DNA of 64,000 nt from Planctomycetota bacterium (lineage in GTDB: Bacteria; Planctomycetota; UBA8108; UBA1146): the NCBI GenBank assembly GCA_965661685.1, contig CBFIET010000122.1, positions 27,270-91,269 of the forward strand, in the 5' to 3' direction. The position numbers and the translations under genes were made by a program. This document shows positions 36,398 to 46,360 of this stretch, in pieces. The number at the start of each line of letters is the position of its first letter. Position 1 is the first letter of the stretch. The notes beneath the pieces are model-generated. The model was not told the origin of the DNA. It saw only the letters and a list, made by a program, of their open reading frames with translations, and did not search any database.

Positions 36398-37039
36398 ATG
36401 AAGCCGCAGCATGAGCCGGAACAGGTGTGGGGGATCCCGCGCGAGGTGATGGAACGACAGATCGGCAAGTTCCAGGGGTTTCTCCCCCAGGATGGTGATC
36501 TCGACAACTGCTGTCGCAGCCTCGAATCCCACGGCAGTTTCCGCCCCCGCGACGAGGTGGAGGAGGACACGCACTGGAAGCAGGTGATTCCCTACATCGT
36601 CCTGCGCCACCGCGAAAAGGTACTGAGACTGAGGCGGCTGGCAACCCAGGGGGAAAAGCGGCTTCACAACAAGATTTCCATCGGTGTCGGTGGCCACGTC
36701 AATCCAGAGCCTCGAGGAGCACAACCGCTGCTGATTCGTGGAATGATCCGTGAACTTCACGAGGAGATTTCCATCGGCGACAACACCCCGGAATTCAGGA
36801 TTCTGGGCTGGATCAATGACGACCAGACCGAAGTGGGAAAGGTCCACCTCGGGCTGGCGGTCGAGGCTCATCTCGAGGAGATGGTGGGGATCCGCGAGAC
36901 GGACCGGATGGAAGGGGTCTGGTGCCCCCTGGATCAACTGGACCCCCTCGACCCCGGCTGGGAATCGTGGTCATCGCTGCTGCTACCCCGAATCGAAGGG
37001 GTCGCAGCGGATCCAGCTTCCGAAGTTTCATCCTACTGA
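36398..37039 (+). CDS. Nudix hydrolase
   Basis: Nudix box GGHVNPE-x7-LIRGMIRELHEEISI (Gx5Ex7REUxEExGU). Confidence 0.6.
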   Translation: MKPQHEPEQVWGIPREVMERQIGKFQGFLPQDGDLDNCCRSLESHGSFRPRDEVEEDTHWKQVIPYIVLRHREKVLRLRRLATQGEKRLHNKISIGVGGHVNPEPRGAQPLLIRGMIRELHEEISIGDNTPEFRILGWINDDQTEVGKVHLGLAVEAHLEEMVGIRETDRMEGVWCPLDQLDPLDPGWESWSSLLLPRIEGVAADPASEVSSY

Positions 37040-37147
37040 ATCATGCGGGTGCGATTGACGGTCCATCCCGTCAGCGGCTAGAATCCCTGTCGACGTGCAT
37101 GACCCCGGCATAGGACCGGGGAGAGGCGTCAGTTTCGGGAATACTGC

Positions 37148-37222
37148 TACCCGGTGGTGTAATTGGCAACACAACTGGTTTTGGTCCAGTCATTCGAGGT
37201 TCGAGTCCTCGCCGGGTAGCCA
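37148..37222 (+). tRNA. tRNA-Gln (anticodon TTG)
   Basis: Acceptor TACCCGG/CCGGGTA. Anticodon stem ACTGG/CCAGT with loop TTTTGGT. T arm CGAGG-TTCGAGT-CCTCG. CCA is encoded. Confidence 0.8.
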
Positions 37223-37359
37223 TTCCGAAGACTCCATCGAACGAGAAGATTGCCGCCTCAGGCTGGCGGATGTCCCCAACCTGTGACGGACCGGTTCGAT
37301 GGTGAGCACCTGTGGCTTAGTCGTCTTGACGGCGCTGCACTGAAGACAGGACCTCCGAG

Positions 37360-38673
37360 ATGGATCCTAAATTCGATGCGCTGCTGCTCGCCGCAGGTCG
37401 TGGATCCCGCATGAAATCAGCACTCCCCAAGGTTTTGCACGAAATCCTCGGGACGCCGATGATCGAACTGGTCATCGATCGCGTGCGCGATGCAGGCGCC
37501 CAGGAGGTCACTCTCGTCCTCGGACATCAATCGTCATTGATTCGGGAGGCGGTTGCCGACAAAAAGGTCTCCGACGCAATCCAGGAGCCACAGAGGGGAA
37601 CGGCTCATGCGGTTCTGATGGGACTGCAGGCAGATTCCGGTGACAACGACCAGGTCCTGATCGTCAACGGAGATCTTCCCGATCTCGATGGAGAAGTGAT
37701 TCGCCAGCTGGTTTCCAGCCACCTGCAGGGTGATGCGGCCTTCTCGGTAGCCACCTGCATCGTCGATCAACCCGCCGGGATGGGGCGCATCGTCCGTGGT
37801 GACGACCGTTCGCTGAAGTCGGTGGTAGAGGAACAAGAAGCAGATCCTCAGCAGAAGTTGATCTCCGAGGTCAATCTCGGCGTCTACATGATTCAACGCA
37901 GCAAGGTCATGCCGATCCTCACGGAGATGGTTTCTGAAGACCTCGTCCAGGCGGATGCCGAGAGTTACCTGACCAGATTGGTCGAGGTACTGGTGGCAAA
38001 CTCGGTGGCAGTGGCCGCCATCGAGGTCCCTGTCGATCAGCAGTTCCTGCAGGTCAACGATCGCCTGGGCCTGGCCCAGGTCTCGAGGGTGTTGCAGGAC
38101 AGAATTCACAGGCAACTTCTCGAAGGAGGGGTCACCATCGTCGATCCCGCCTCGACCTGGATCGAGTTCGGCGTCGAGATCGGACAGGATAGTGTGATTC
38201 ACCCCCAGACGGTCATCCGACGTGGTGTGATGGTGGGACAGGGGTGCGAGATCGGGCCTTTTGCCCATCTCCGTAGCGGAACCGTCATCGAGGACGACGT
38301 CAAAATCGGCGACTTCGTCGAGGTCAATCGGAGTGTCTTACGCAGCGGAGTCAGGGCCAAGCATCTGGCATACCTGGGCGACGCTGATGTGGGATCTGGT
38401 GCCAATATCGGCGCCGGGGCGGTGATCGCCAACTATGACGGAACCAAGAAATCTGCCACCGTCATCGGTGAAGGGGCCTTCGTCGGGAGCGGCTCCGTCA
38501 TCGTGGCTCCCGCCGACATCGGCGACGGTGCCGTGGTCGGTGCCGGAGCTGTGGTGCCTCCCGGAAAAAGGGTCGAGGCTGGCTCTACCGTAGTCGGTGT
38601 TCCCGCACGTAGAATGACAAGCAAGGATGACGACATCTCCAGCAAGAAGATTGACGAAAGAGGACTTCGATGA
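37360..38673 (+). CDS. glmU: Bifunctional GlcNAc-1-P uridyltransferase / GlcN-1-P acetyltransferase
   Basis: N-terminal LLAAGRGSRM nucleotidyltransferase motif. C-terminal hexapeptide beta-helix. Confidence 0.85.
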   Translation: MDPKFDALLLAAGRGSRMKSALPKVLHEILGTPMIELVIDRVRDAGAQEVTLVLGHQSSLIREAVADKKVSDAIQEPQRGTAHAVLMGLQADSGDNDQVLIVNGDLPDLDGEVIRQLVSSHLQGDAAFSVATCIVDQPAGMGRIVRGDDRSLKSVVEEQEADPQQKLISEVNLGVYMIQRSKVMPILTEMVSEDLVQADAESYLTRLVEVLVANSVAVAAIEVPVDQQFLQVNDRLGLAQVSRVLQDRIHRQLLEGGVTIVDPASTWIEFGVEIGQDSVIHPQTVIRRGVMVGQGCEIGPFAHLRSGTVIEDDVKIGDFVEVNRSVLRSGVRAKHLAYLGDADVGSGANIGAGAVIANYDGTKKSATVIGEGAFVGSGSVIVAPADIGDGAVVGAGAVVPPGKRVEAGSTVVGVPARRMTSKDDDISSKKIDERGLR

Positions 38674-39623
38674 GCCAGCAACTCTCAGACCGCATGGTAG
38701 TAATCAGTGGCAACTCCAATCGTGCCCTGGCTGCCGATATTTGCTCCGAACTTGGCCTCGAACCTGGACGTGCAGAAGTCTCCAGATTCCCCGACGGAGA
38801 AATCTCCGTTTCGCTCGGTGAGGATGTTCGGGGCAAGGACGTGTTCGTGGTTCAGTCCACTTGCCCGCCAGTGAATGAGAATCTGATGGAACTGCTGGTG
38901 ATGATCGATTGCGTGAAACGATCATCCGCGGCGCGCATCACCGCCGTCATCCCTTACTTTGGCTACGCCAGGCAGGACCGCAGGGAGCAAGGTGCGCGTG
39001 TCCCCATCACCGCCAAGATGGTTGCCAACCTCATCGTCGCCGCGGGTGCCGATCGTGTCGTCACGATGGACCTGCACTGCGAACAGATTCAAGGTTTCTT
39101 TGACATCCCTGTGGACCATGTTTATGCCGGTTCCATCATCATCGATCACTACTCGAAGATGAAGATGGAGGACCTGGTGGTGGTCAGCCCCGACGTTGGC
39201 GCCATCAAGATGGCTCGAGCCTACAGTCGTGGCCTCGGCGCCAGGCTCGCCACCGTCGACAAGAGAAGGGTCAGTGGTGAGAAAACCGAGATCGGATTCA
39301 TCATCGGAGATGTCGCTGGGCTTCATGCCATTCTCGCTGACGATGTCATCGCCACCGGGGGGTCGATCACCGCAGCAGCACGACTGATCCTGGAAAAAGG
39401 CGCCAAATCGGTATTTCTCGCCTGTACCCATCCGGTACTGTGTGGACCTGCCGTGGAGCGTCTGCTGACCAGTCCATCGAGGGAGTTTGCCTTCGTGGAC
39501 ACCATTCCCGTGGACGGAAAGATTTCCGATGATAGGGTAGCCCTGTTGTCATGCGCCCCGGCCTTTGCCAACTCGATCAGGCAGATTCACAAATCGGCCT
39601 CCATCGGGCGTAACAGCTTGTAA
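38670..39623 (+). CDS. prs: Ribose-phosphate pyrophosphokinase
   Basis: Motifs DLHCEQIQGFFDIPVDH and the PRPP-binding loop. Confidence 0.9.
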   Translation: MSQQLSDRMVVISGNSNRALAADICSELGLEPGRAEVSRFPDGEISVSLGEDVRGKDVFVVQSTCPPVNENLMELLVMIDCVKRSSAARITAVIPYFGYARQDRREQGARVPITAKMVANLIVAAGADRVVTMDLHCEQIQGFFDIPVDHVYAGSIIIDHYSKMKMEDLVVVSPDVGAIKMARAYSRGLGARLATVDKRRVSGEKTEIGFIIGDVAGLHAILADDVIATGGSITAAARLILEKGAKSVFLACTHPVLCGPAVERLLTSPSREFAFVDTIPVDGKISDDRVALLSCAPAFANSIRQIHKSASIGRNSL

Positions 39624-39661
39624 ACAATACCGGGAAACCGGATTCGAAAGGCGACGAGACG

Positions 39662-40219
39662 ATGGACAAGTTCGTGATGGAAGGTCAGCTCAGGGATACC
39701 TCCCAGGTTGGAACCCGTTCCTCCCGTAGGCTGAGAAGCACCGGGCAGATGCCGGTAAACGTATATGGCTCCGGCAAGGAGAATCTCCAGCTCACGGTCA
39801 GCGCCGACGGTTTCTATGGAGCTCTTGAACAGAGCCATCGCCTCTTCCAGATCGACTTTGACGGCAAGTCTGAACTTGGCATCGTCAAGGAGGTCCAGTA
39901 CGACACCTTCGGTGATCATGCGATTCACGCCGACCTTGCACGGGTGACGATGGACGATGTGGTCGATGCCACCATCCACATCCAGGCGTTGGGTATTCCC
40001 AAGGGTGTGAGTTCCGGCGGAACCCTCGACATCCAGTACCATCATGTGCCGGTTCGCGGCAAGGTCAGCGATCTCCAGGACAAGCTGGTGGTCAACGTCG
40101 AGGAACTGAACTCCAACGAATCGATTCGGGCCCGTGACCTCGATCTGCCGGATGGTGTTGAAGCGACCCTCTCGGCGGGCACTCCCGTGATCATCGTCCA
40201 TGGACGACGCGGCGGCTGA
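39662..40219 (+). CDS. rplY: Ribosomal protein L25 / general stress protein Ctc
   Basis: L25/Ctc fold signature. Conserved context glmU-prs-rplY-pth. Confidence 0.8.
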   Translation: MDKFVMEGQLRDTSQVGTRSSRRLRSTGQMPVNVYGSGKENLQLTVSADGFYGALEQSHRLFQIDFDGKSELGIVKEVQYDTFGDHAIHADLARVTMDDVVDATIHIQALGIPKGVSSGGTLDIQYHHVPVRGKVSDLQDKLVVNVEELNSNESIRARDLDLPDGVEATLSAGTPVIIVHGRRGG

Positions 40220-40240
40220 TCCAGCTCGTGACCACGTAGC

Positions 40241-40903
40241 GTGGGGGATTCGATGCAACGCAGGGGACCCGATCGATCAATTCCACTGGTGGTCGTCGGA
40301 CTCGGCAATCCCGGAGCGGAATATCAGGGAACTCGCCATAACATCGGCTTCTCCGTGGTCGACCTGCTCGAGCACAGATTGCGGCGAGCAGATACGGCCC
40401 CGGCAACAGGGGCTCAACTGATCAGTGGTCACTGGAAGTGGCGCAAGGTCCACCTGCTCAAGCCGTTGCGATACATGAATCTGAGCGGTGATCCGGTACG
40501 GCTGTTCCTCAATTCCCATGACATGACGGCGGACCAGTGCCTGGTAGTGGTCGATGACCTCGATCTGCCGGCGGGAACGATCCGTTACCGTAGTAGTGGC
40601 TCCTCCGGGGGGCAGAAGGGGCTCGAGGACATCATCTCGGCCCTGGGCACCGACCGATTTGCCCGCTGCAGGGTCGGGATCGGCCGTCCCGCTGACGGGA
40701 TCGACACCTCCGACCACGTGCTGGAGGTCCCCGCCGGAAGTGCAGGGGAGATCCATTCCAGGAGTGTAGAAAGAGCGTCCGAATCCGTACTTTGCTGGCT
40801 AGTTGAGGGTGTAACCAGTACCGCTCGTCGTTACAATGGCCCGCTTCCCGAGGACCAGAACTCCCCTCTCGAGGGGCGAAAGGGTCGCGACGGAGATGAA
40901 TAA
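40241..40903 (+). CDS. pth: Peptidyl-tRNA hydrolase
   Basis: LVVGLGNPGAEYQGTRHNIGF. Confidence 0.8.
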   Translation: MGDSMQRRGPDRSIPLVVVGLGNPGAEYQGTRHNIGFSVVDLLEHRLRRADTAPATGAQLISGHWKWRKVHLLKPLRYMNLSGDPVRLFLNSHDMTADQCLVVVDDLDLPAGTIRYRSSGSSGGQKGLEDIISALGTDRFARCRVGIGRPADGIDTSDHVLEVPAGSAGEIHSRSVERASESVLCWLVEGVTSTARRYNGPLPEDQNSPLEGRKGRDGDE

Positions 40904-40983
40904 TTGTAGGTGCGTTCTCGCATAGATTCCCTGCCGGTCAGCGGGGGGGCGAGAGTGCTGATCCAGATCTTAAGGAGATCATC

Positions 40984-41640
40984 TTGACCGAACGACTTTA
41001 TGAGGGCCTGTTCCTCATCGATGCCGCCATCGCCGCATCGGAATGGACCGAGATCGAGGGACAGATCCGTACCCTCCTCCAGAACAACGGTGCCGACATC
41101 CAGTACGCAGAGAAGTGGCCGGAGCAGCGTCTCGCCTACCCTGTCAAGGGAGTCAAGCGGGGGGTCTACTTCCTCGCCTACTTCAACGCGTCCTCTGGAT
41201 CGATCGCAAGTATCCGTAGCGACGGGCAACTCAATGAGAAGATTCTGCGGATGCTCATCATCCAGGAAGACTTCCTTCCCATCGAGATGGAGAAACGTCG
41301 CGAGGCTGCAGAGCGAGCTGCCGCAGCTCCGCCTCCACCCACTCCTGCAGCAAAGGATGCCAGCGAGTCCTCCGATGCGCCGGCGGAGTCTGCCGAAGCT
41401 CCCGTGGAGGAGAGCGCAGATGCCGGGGAAACTGCTGAAGCGGCCGGGGACGAAACCCCTTCCACCGAGACGCAGTCGAGTGCAGGCGAGAGCGCCGTCG
41501 AAGAATCCGCAGAGGTAGCGGAAGAGTCCGCTGAGGTAACGGAAGAATCCGCTGAGGTAACGGAAGAATCTGCTGAGGTAGCGGAAGAGACCGCTGCCGA
41601 GGTGGAAGAAGTGGTCAGCAAAGAAGAAGAAACCAACTGA
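40984..41640 (+). CDS. rpsF: Ribosomal protein S6 with a long acidic repetitive C-terminal extension
   Basis: S6 core (YEGLFLID...RGVYFLAYF) followed by a ~110-aa Ala/Glu/Ser tail. Confidence 0.8.
   Translation: MTERLYEGLFLIDAAIAASEWTEIEGQIRTLLQNNGADIQYAEKWPEQRLAYPVKGVKRGVYFLAYFNASSGSIASIRSDGQLNEKILRMLIIQEDFLPIEMEKRREAAERAAAAPPPPTPAAKDASESSDAPAESAEAPVEESADAGETAEAAGDETPSTETQSSAGESAVEESAEVAEESAEVTEESAEVTEESAEVAEETAAEVEEVVSKEEETN
41500..41604 (+). repeat. In-frame 21-nt tandem repeat (~5 copies) encoding the EESAEV(A/T) heptads of the S6 tail
   Basis: gaagaatccgc(a/t)gaggta(a/g)cg units read directly. Confidence 0.7.
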
Positions 41641-41650
41641 ACGAGAAGAG

Positions 41651-42100
41651 GTGGTCATGGAGATCAACAGGGTATTCATCGCGGGAAATTTGACCAGGGA
41701 TCCGGAACTCCGGATGACCCCTTCGGGAACCGCTGTTTGTGATCTCGGCCTCGCATCCAATCGTCGCTACCGTCGGCAGGGTGATGAACAGATGCAGGAA
41801 GAGACCTGCTTTGTCACCGTCACCGTGTGGGGCAAGTCAGCGGAAAATTGCAATCAGTACCTCTCCAAGGGGAAGCAGGTGGTTGTCGAGGGACGTCTCA
41901 AGTACGACCAGTGGGTCGACAAGGAGTCCGGAAAGAACCGCAACAAGTTGACGGTGGTCGCTGATCGCGTCCACTTCATGCCTCGTGGAGCAGAAGGAGG
42001 AGGAGGGGCGCCGCAAAGTGGCTACTCCGAGTCCGGCAATCAGACCCAGGCGGGAGATTTCCCACAGGGTCAAACATACAACGATGAGGTGCCCTTCTAG
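41651..42100 (+). CDS. ssb: Single-stranded DNA-binding protein
   Basis: OB fold. C-terminal acidic tip ...NDEVPF. Confidence 0.85.
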   Translation: MVMEINRVFIAGNLTRDPELRMTPSGTAVCDLGLASNRRYRRQGDEQMQEETCFVTVTVWGKSAENCNQYLSKGKQVVVEGRLKYDQWVDKESGKNRNKLTVVADRVHFMPRGAEGGGGAPQSGYSESGNQTQAGDFPQGQTYNDEVPF

Positions 42101-42118
42101 GGCGGAAAGAGAAACAAG

Positions 42119-42325
42119 ATGTTTGGTCGCAGAGATAAAAGATCGGTCGTCGCAGATATCGACTACATCGACTACAAGAATGTCGATCTCCTGCACAAGT
42201 GCCTGACCGGTGGTGGCAAGTTGACTTCGAGAAGACAGATCGGTTGTGATGCGCGGATGCAGCACCGCATCAAGAGAGCGGTTCATCAGGCTCGATTCAT
42301 GGGGTTGCTCCCGTACGGACAATAG
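42119..42325 (+). CDS. rpsR: Ribosomal protein S18
   Basis: S18 signature HRIKRAVHQARFMGLLPY. Confidence 0.85.
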   Translation: MFGRRDKRSVVADIDYIDYKNVDLLHKCLTGGGKLTSRRQIGCDARMQHRIKRAVHQARFMGLLPYGQ

Positions 42326-42400
42326 GACCGATCAATACAGACTGGATCCCACGACCGAGGTCGTGCGGGAAACCTTGATCAATAAAAGTGGAGACTATCG

Positions 42401-42889
42401 ATGAAACTGTTTCTGAAGAAGAACATGACAGACCTGGGATCGATCGGCGACGTCGTCGATGTGAAGCCGGGATACGCTCGTAATTATCTGATCCCCAAGG
42501 GGATCGGAGTCGAAGTTGGACAGGCAAATCTCCAGTGGATCGATGCACAGAAGCGTCGACTCGAGCAGGAGCAACAGGAACGTCACGCTCACCTGCGTAG
42601 TCACGCAGAAGAGATCAACGGTTCCTCTTGCACCGTCATCGCTCGGGCCACGGAAGAGGGGCACCTGTTCGGATCCGTCACCGTGCAAAACATTGCGGAT
42701 CAATTGAAAGCCGAAGGTGTCGAACTGGAGCCCGAGGTGATCGAGCTGGAAAAGCCGATCAAGGAGCTGGGAATCTACAATCTCAATGCCAGGATCCATG
42801 ATGAAGTTGAATCGATCATCAAGGTGTGGGTCGTCAAGGCAGATGAGGAAGATGGAGATCCAGAGTCCGAGATCTCGACCGACGCCTGA
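42401..42889 (+). CDS. rplI: Ribosomal protein L9
   Basis: MKLFLKKNMTDLGSIGDVVDVKPGYARNYLIPKG. Confidence 0.85.
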   Translation: MKLFLKKNMTDLGSIGDVVDVKPGYARNYLIPKGIGVEVGQANLQWIDAQKRRLEQEQQERHAHLRSHAEEINGSSCTVIARATEEGHLFGSVTVQNIADQLKAEGVELEPEVIELEKPIKELGIYNLNARIHDEVESIIKVWVVKADEEDGDPESEISTDA

Positions 42890-43110
42890 GCGGTTGCTGT
42901 CGCTGGACATCTTGAAATGCCGGGGAAAGTCCGGGGATATCGTCGCAAGGTGCTTCGCGACCGGGAGTTTCACTCTCCACTTCCTTCGAGAGAGGAGAGC
43001 CGGTAGGGTCAGCGGGATGACGAATTTTCGACTCCCGGCACGATTCCTGGGTGATGGCGGACCGCAATTGACGCCGCACCTCAACCACGAGAAACGAAAT
43101 CGAGACCAGC

Positions 43111-44448
43111 ATGGCTGAAGACGACAACACGGTCGCGGCGATGCCCAGCAATATCGAGGCGGAAGTTAGCCTGCTGGGATCCCTCCTGCTGGGAGGGGCC
43201 AAGAGCCATGCCGCGCTCGAAACTGTGGTGGAAGGCGATTTCTATCTCTCCCGACACCGCGTGATCTTTGACGAGATGCTTTCTCTGTGGGCCGACGATG
43301 GGGTCACCGACGCCCTGATCCTGATCGAGCGGTTGCGGGAGAAGGGAACCCTCGACCAGGCAGGTGGCGAGGAATACCTCATCGATCTCACCGGCAGGGT
43401 CCGCACCAGTTCCAACGCGGTGGAGTACGCGAAGATCGTCTCCCAGGACTCCAGGCGTCGCCAGCTGATCGAGCTGTGCCAGGATCTCGAATCGCGGGCA
43501 CGATCTGGAACCGGGCAGGTCCGGCAACTGATGGACGAGGCGGGCGCCAGTTTTCTTGGCCTCGCCGAGGATGATGCCAGCAAGGGAACCCACGGGATCC
43601 GAGAGAGTCTCAATCAGGTCATCAACAACATCGAGATGTGGGAAAAGGGGCAGATCGGCGTTCAAACCGGCTTCAAGGAGCTGGATGCGATGACCAACGG
43701 TCTCCAGCCCACTGACCTGATCGTGGTCGCCGGACGTCCGTCGATGGGTAAGACCACCATCTCCCTCAACATCGCAGTGCATGCAGCGGTGCAGAATCAC
43801 ATCCCCGTGGCGATCTTCAGCCTCGAGATGAGTCATGATCAGCTTGCGATGAATATGCTCAGCAGTGTTTCACATATCAGCGCGGCAAAGATGCGAAATG
43901 CTGCCCTCAACGATAATGAGTGGAGCCAGATCATCGAAGGGGTCGACAAGATGCGTGAAGCGCCCATCTTCATCGACGACTCCCCCGGTCTCAATGCGAT
44001 GTCGATCCGTGCCCGTGCCCGGCGCCTCCATCACCAGAAAAAACTCGGGTTGATCATCGTCGACTACCTGCAGTTGCTGGAGATGGGTGGACGAACTGAA
44101 AACAGGCAGCAAGAGATCTCGCAGATCTCTCGCTCCCTCAAACAACTAGCACGCGAACTGGATGTTCCCATCTTGACGATTTCTCAGCTCTCTCGAGCAG
44201 TGGAGTCGCGGGAAGGAAACAAGCCCAGAATGTCTGATTTGAGGGAATCGGGTGCGATCGAGCAGGATGCCGACCTGATCATGTTGCTGTATCGTAAGGA
44301 GTACTACAACCCCGACGACGAGGACGCCAAGGGTAAAGCCGAGGTGATCGTTGCAAAACAGAGGAAGGGTCGCACTGGATCCGCCAATCTTGCGTTCTTC
44401 CCGGATCAGTTGCGCTTTGGCGACCTGTCCTACGAACATGACTTCTAG
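43111..44448 (+). CDS. dnaB: Replicative DNA helicase
   Basis: DnaB N-terminal domain. Walker A GRPSMGKT. RecA-like core. Conserved rpsF-ssb-rpsR-rplI-dnaB context. Confidence 0.9.
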   Translation: MAEDDNTVAAMPSNIEAEVSLLGSLLLGGAKSHAALETVVEGDFYLSRHRVIFDEMLSLWADDGVTDALILIERLREKGTLDQAGGEEYLIDLTGRVRTSSNAVEYAKIVSQDSRRRQLIELCQDLESRARSGTGQVRQLMDEAGASFLGLAEDDASKGTHGIRESLNQVINNIEMWEKGQIGVQTGFKELDAMTNGLQPTDLIVVAGRPSMGKTTISLNIAVHAAVQNHIPVAIFSLEMSHDQLAMNMLSSVSHISAAKMRNAALNDNEWSQIIEGVDKMREAPIFIDDSPGLNAMSIRARARRLHHQKKLGLIIVDYLQLLEMGGRTENRQQEISQISRSLKQLARELDVPILTISQLSRAVESREGNKPRMSDLRESGAIEQDADLIMLLYRKEYYNPDDEDAKGKAEVIVAKQRKGRTGSANLAFFPDQLRFGDLSYEHDF

Positions 44449-44459
44449 AAAGTAGATCG

Positions 44460-45047
44460 ATGAACCTCTCGAAACTTCAGCCCAGCACACTCAAGCGATT
44501 CGGAGCCATCCTTGCCGTCGTGATCGCGGCATTCGCCGTGCAGCCACACCTGTCGGGAATCGGCGTCCAGCTCGAGTCCCATCGTCTCGGTGTTTGCGAT
44601 GTGCAGATCGTTCTCGATCGTATTCCCCAGGGAAAACAGATCACCGATGACTTCAGCGTGCTTCGATCCAGCATGGAAAATGAACTTCGCCAGAAGGAAA
44701 CCCAGCTGAAGCAGTCGCAGCAGGAGGCTTCTCAGTTGCGCGCTGGTACCGACGGAAGACGGGTAATCGAGAAGACCATCGCACTACTCCAGGCGGAACT
44801 GAAGTGGTTGCAGGAAGACCTCGAACAGGAGTTTGCATCCCGCTTCAAGGTGCGTAGAGATGAACTGGTCAAACTGGTGAGGGCGGCGATCGAGGAGATC
44901 GCGCAGGAGCAGGAGATCGACCTGGTGGTCAACAACGTCACCAGGGCACCGGATTTCAAGGTCTACATCAGCGTCTGGGCCAGGAAGGAACTGGATATCA
45001 CCGAACAGGTGATCACTCGTGTAGCTTCCAAGATGGGGGATCGTTGA
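44460..45047 (+). CDS. skp: Skp/OmpH-family periplasmic chaperone
   Basis: Signal/TM segment and long coiled-coil region. Located directly upstream of the lpx genes. Confidence 0.55.
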   Translation: MNLSKLQPSTLKRFGAILAVVIAAFAVQPHLSGIGVQLESHRLGVCDVQIVLDRIPQGKQITDDFSVLRSSMENELRQKETQLKQSQQEASQLRAGTDGRRVIEKTIALLQAELKWLQEDLEQEFASRFKVRRDELVKLVRAAIEEIAQEQEIDLVVNNVTRAPDFKVYISVWARKELDITEQVITRVASKMGDR

Positions 45048-46348
45048 CCGCATCCTCGCAGCAAACGATCTCCGGAGAGGCGGTCCTCAGTGGAAGAGGG
45101 CTTCACCTGGGTGAGGAGGCCAGATTGCGGCTTCTTCCAGCCCCGGCCGATTCTGGAATCGTCTTCGTGCGTACCGATATCGATGCCGACCTCAAGATCC
45201 CGATGGGGCTCGAGACGTTGCGCAGGCAGCCGAGACGGACAAGTTTCGGCATCGATCAGGTCGAGGTACACACCTGTGAGCACCTTCTTTCCGTTCTCCA
45301 TGTTCTCGGCATCGAAAATCTGATCTGCGAGATCGATGGACCTGAAATTCCGGGAATGGACGGCAGCGCTCTTCCCTTCCTCGAGGCGATCGGTGAGGCA
45401 GGGCTGGATGACCAGGGTGCTCGGGGAAGAACACTCTCGGTATCGACACCCGTTGCGGCAGAGAGTGGCGACGCCAGTGTCGTGGCCCTGCCTGGAGATT
45501 CTCTCCGAATCACCTATACCCTCCAGTACGCAGGAGATCCGGGATTCAGCCAGACCGTTGATATTCCCATCGATGAAAAATCGTTCCGCGAGCAGATCGC
45601 TCCGGCCAGAACTTTTGTGCTCGACAGCGAGGTCAAGGAGTTGAAAGCGAGAGGACTGGGTAAGGGAGCCACCGAGAGCAACACCCTGATCCTCGATTCC
45701 AATGGCATGTCACCTCAATTTCGACTTCCCGACGAACCAGCACGGCACAAGATACTCGATCTGATCGGCGACATTTACCTGCTTCGTTGTTCGGTGTCGG
45801 GGCACATCATCGCCCATCGCAGCGGACACGGTCTCAACAGTGATCTGGCCGCACGGATGGCCGATGCACACGTGCGGGAGCGGGAACTTGAAGACGTCCT
45901 GATCAAGGCTCCCCATGGGCTGGAGATCCGCGACATCCAGAAGATGCTTCCTCACCGTTACCCTTTCCTGCTGGTCGACAGGGTTCTCGAAGTGGAAGAA
46001 GGGGTGCGTGCGGTCGGCCTCAAGAACGTCTCCTTCAACGAGGAGTACTTTCAGGGGCACTTCCCCGGTCAGCCGGTGATGCCTGGAGTTCTTCAGCTGG
46101 AGGCTCTGGCGCAACTTTCCGGGGTGTTGTTGCTGAGGAGTAGTGCCGATTCGGGCAGAATCGCATATATTCTGGGTATTGATGATGTCAAGTTCCGCAA
46201 GACGGTGGTGCCTGGAGATCAGTTGATCCTGGAAACCGAGCTGAAACGCCTCAGGGAACGGACCGCACAGGTTCAGGTCAAAGCCACTGTCGATGGAAGA
46301 CCCGTGACCGAAGCGACGATAAGATTCATGATCCTCGATGCCGGTTGA
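45044..46348 (+). CDS. lpxC/fabZ: Bifunctional UDP-3-O-acyl-GlcNAc deacetylase / 3-hydroxyacyl-ACP dehydratase (LpxC-FabZ fusion)
   Basis: N-terminal LpxC (HTCEHLLSVLHVLGIENL). C-terminal FabZ hot-dog (LPHRYPFLLVDRV...GHFPGQPVMPGVL). TTG start overlapping the skp stop. Confidence 0.8.
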   Translation: MTASSQQTISGEAVLSGRGLHLGEEARLRLLPAPADSGIVFVRTDIDADLKIPMGLETLRRQPRRTSFGIDQVEVHTCEHLLSVLHVLGIENLICEIDGPEIPGMDGSALPFLEAIGEAGLDDQGARGRTLSVSTPVAAESGDASVVALPGDSLRITYTLQYAGDPGFSQTVDIPIDEKSFREQIAPARTFVLDSEVKELKARGLGKGATESNTLILDSNGMSPQFRLPDEPARHKILDLIGDIYLLRCSVSGHIIAHRSGHGLNSDLAARMADAHVRERELEDVLIKAPHGLEIRDIQKMLPHRYPFLLVDRVLEVEEGVRAVGLKNVSFNEEYFQGHFPGQPVMPGVLQLEALAQLSGVLLLRSSADSGRIAYILGIDDVKFRKTVVPGDQLILETELKRLRERTAQVQVKATVDGRPVTEATIRFMILDAG

Positions 46349-46360
46349 TTAGGAGAAGCG

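Noticed and set aside
41651-44448. ssb + dnaB pair considered as a possible phage/plasmid replication module
   Set aside because: They sit in the widely conserved chromosomal rpsF-ssb-rpsR-rplI-dnaB arrangement, with no integrase or phage genes nearby.
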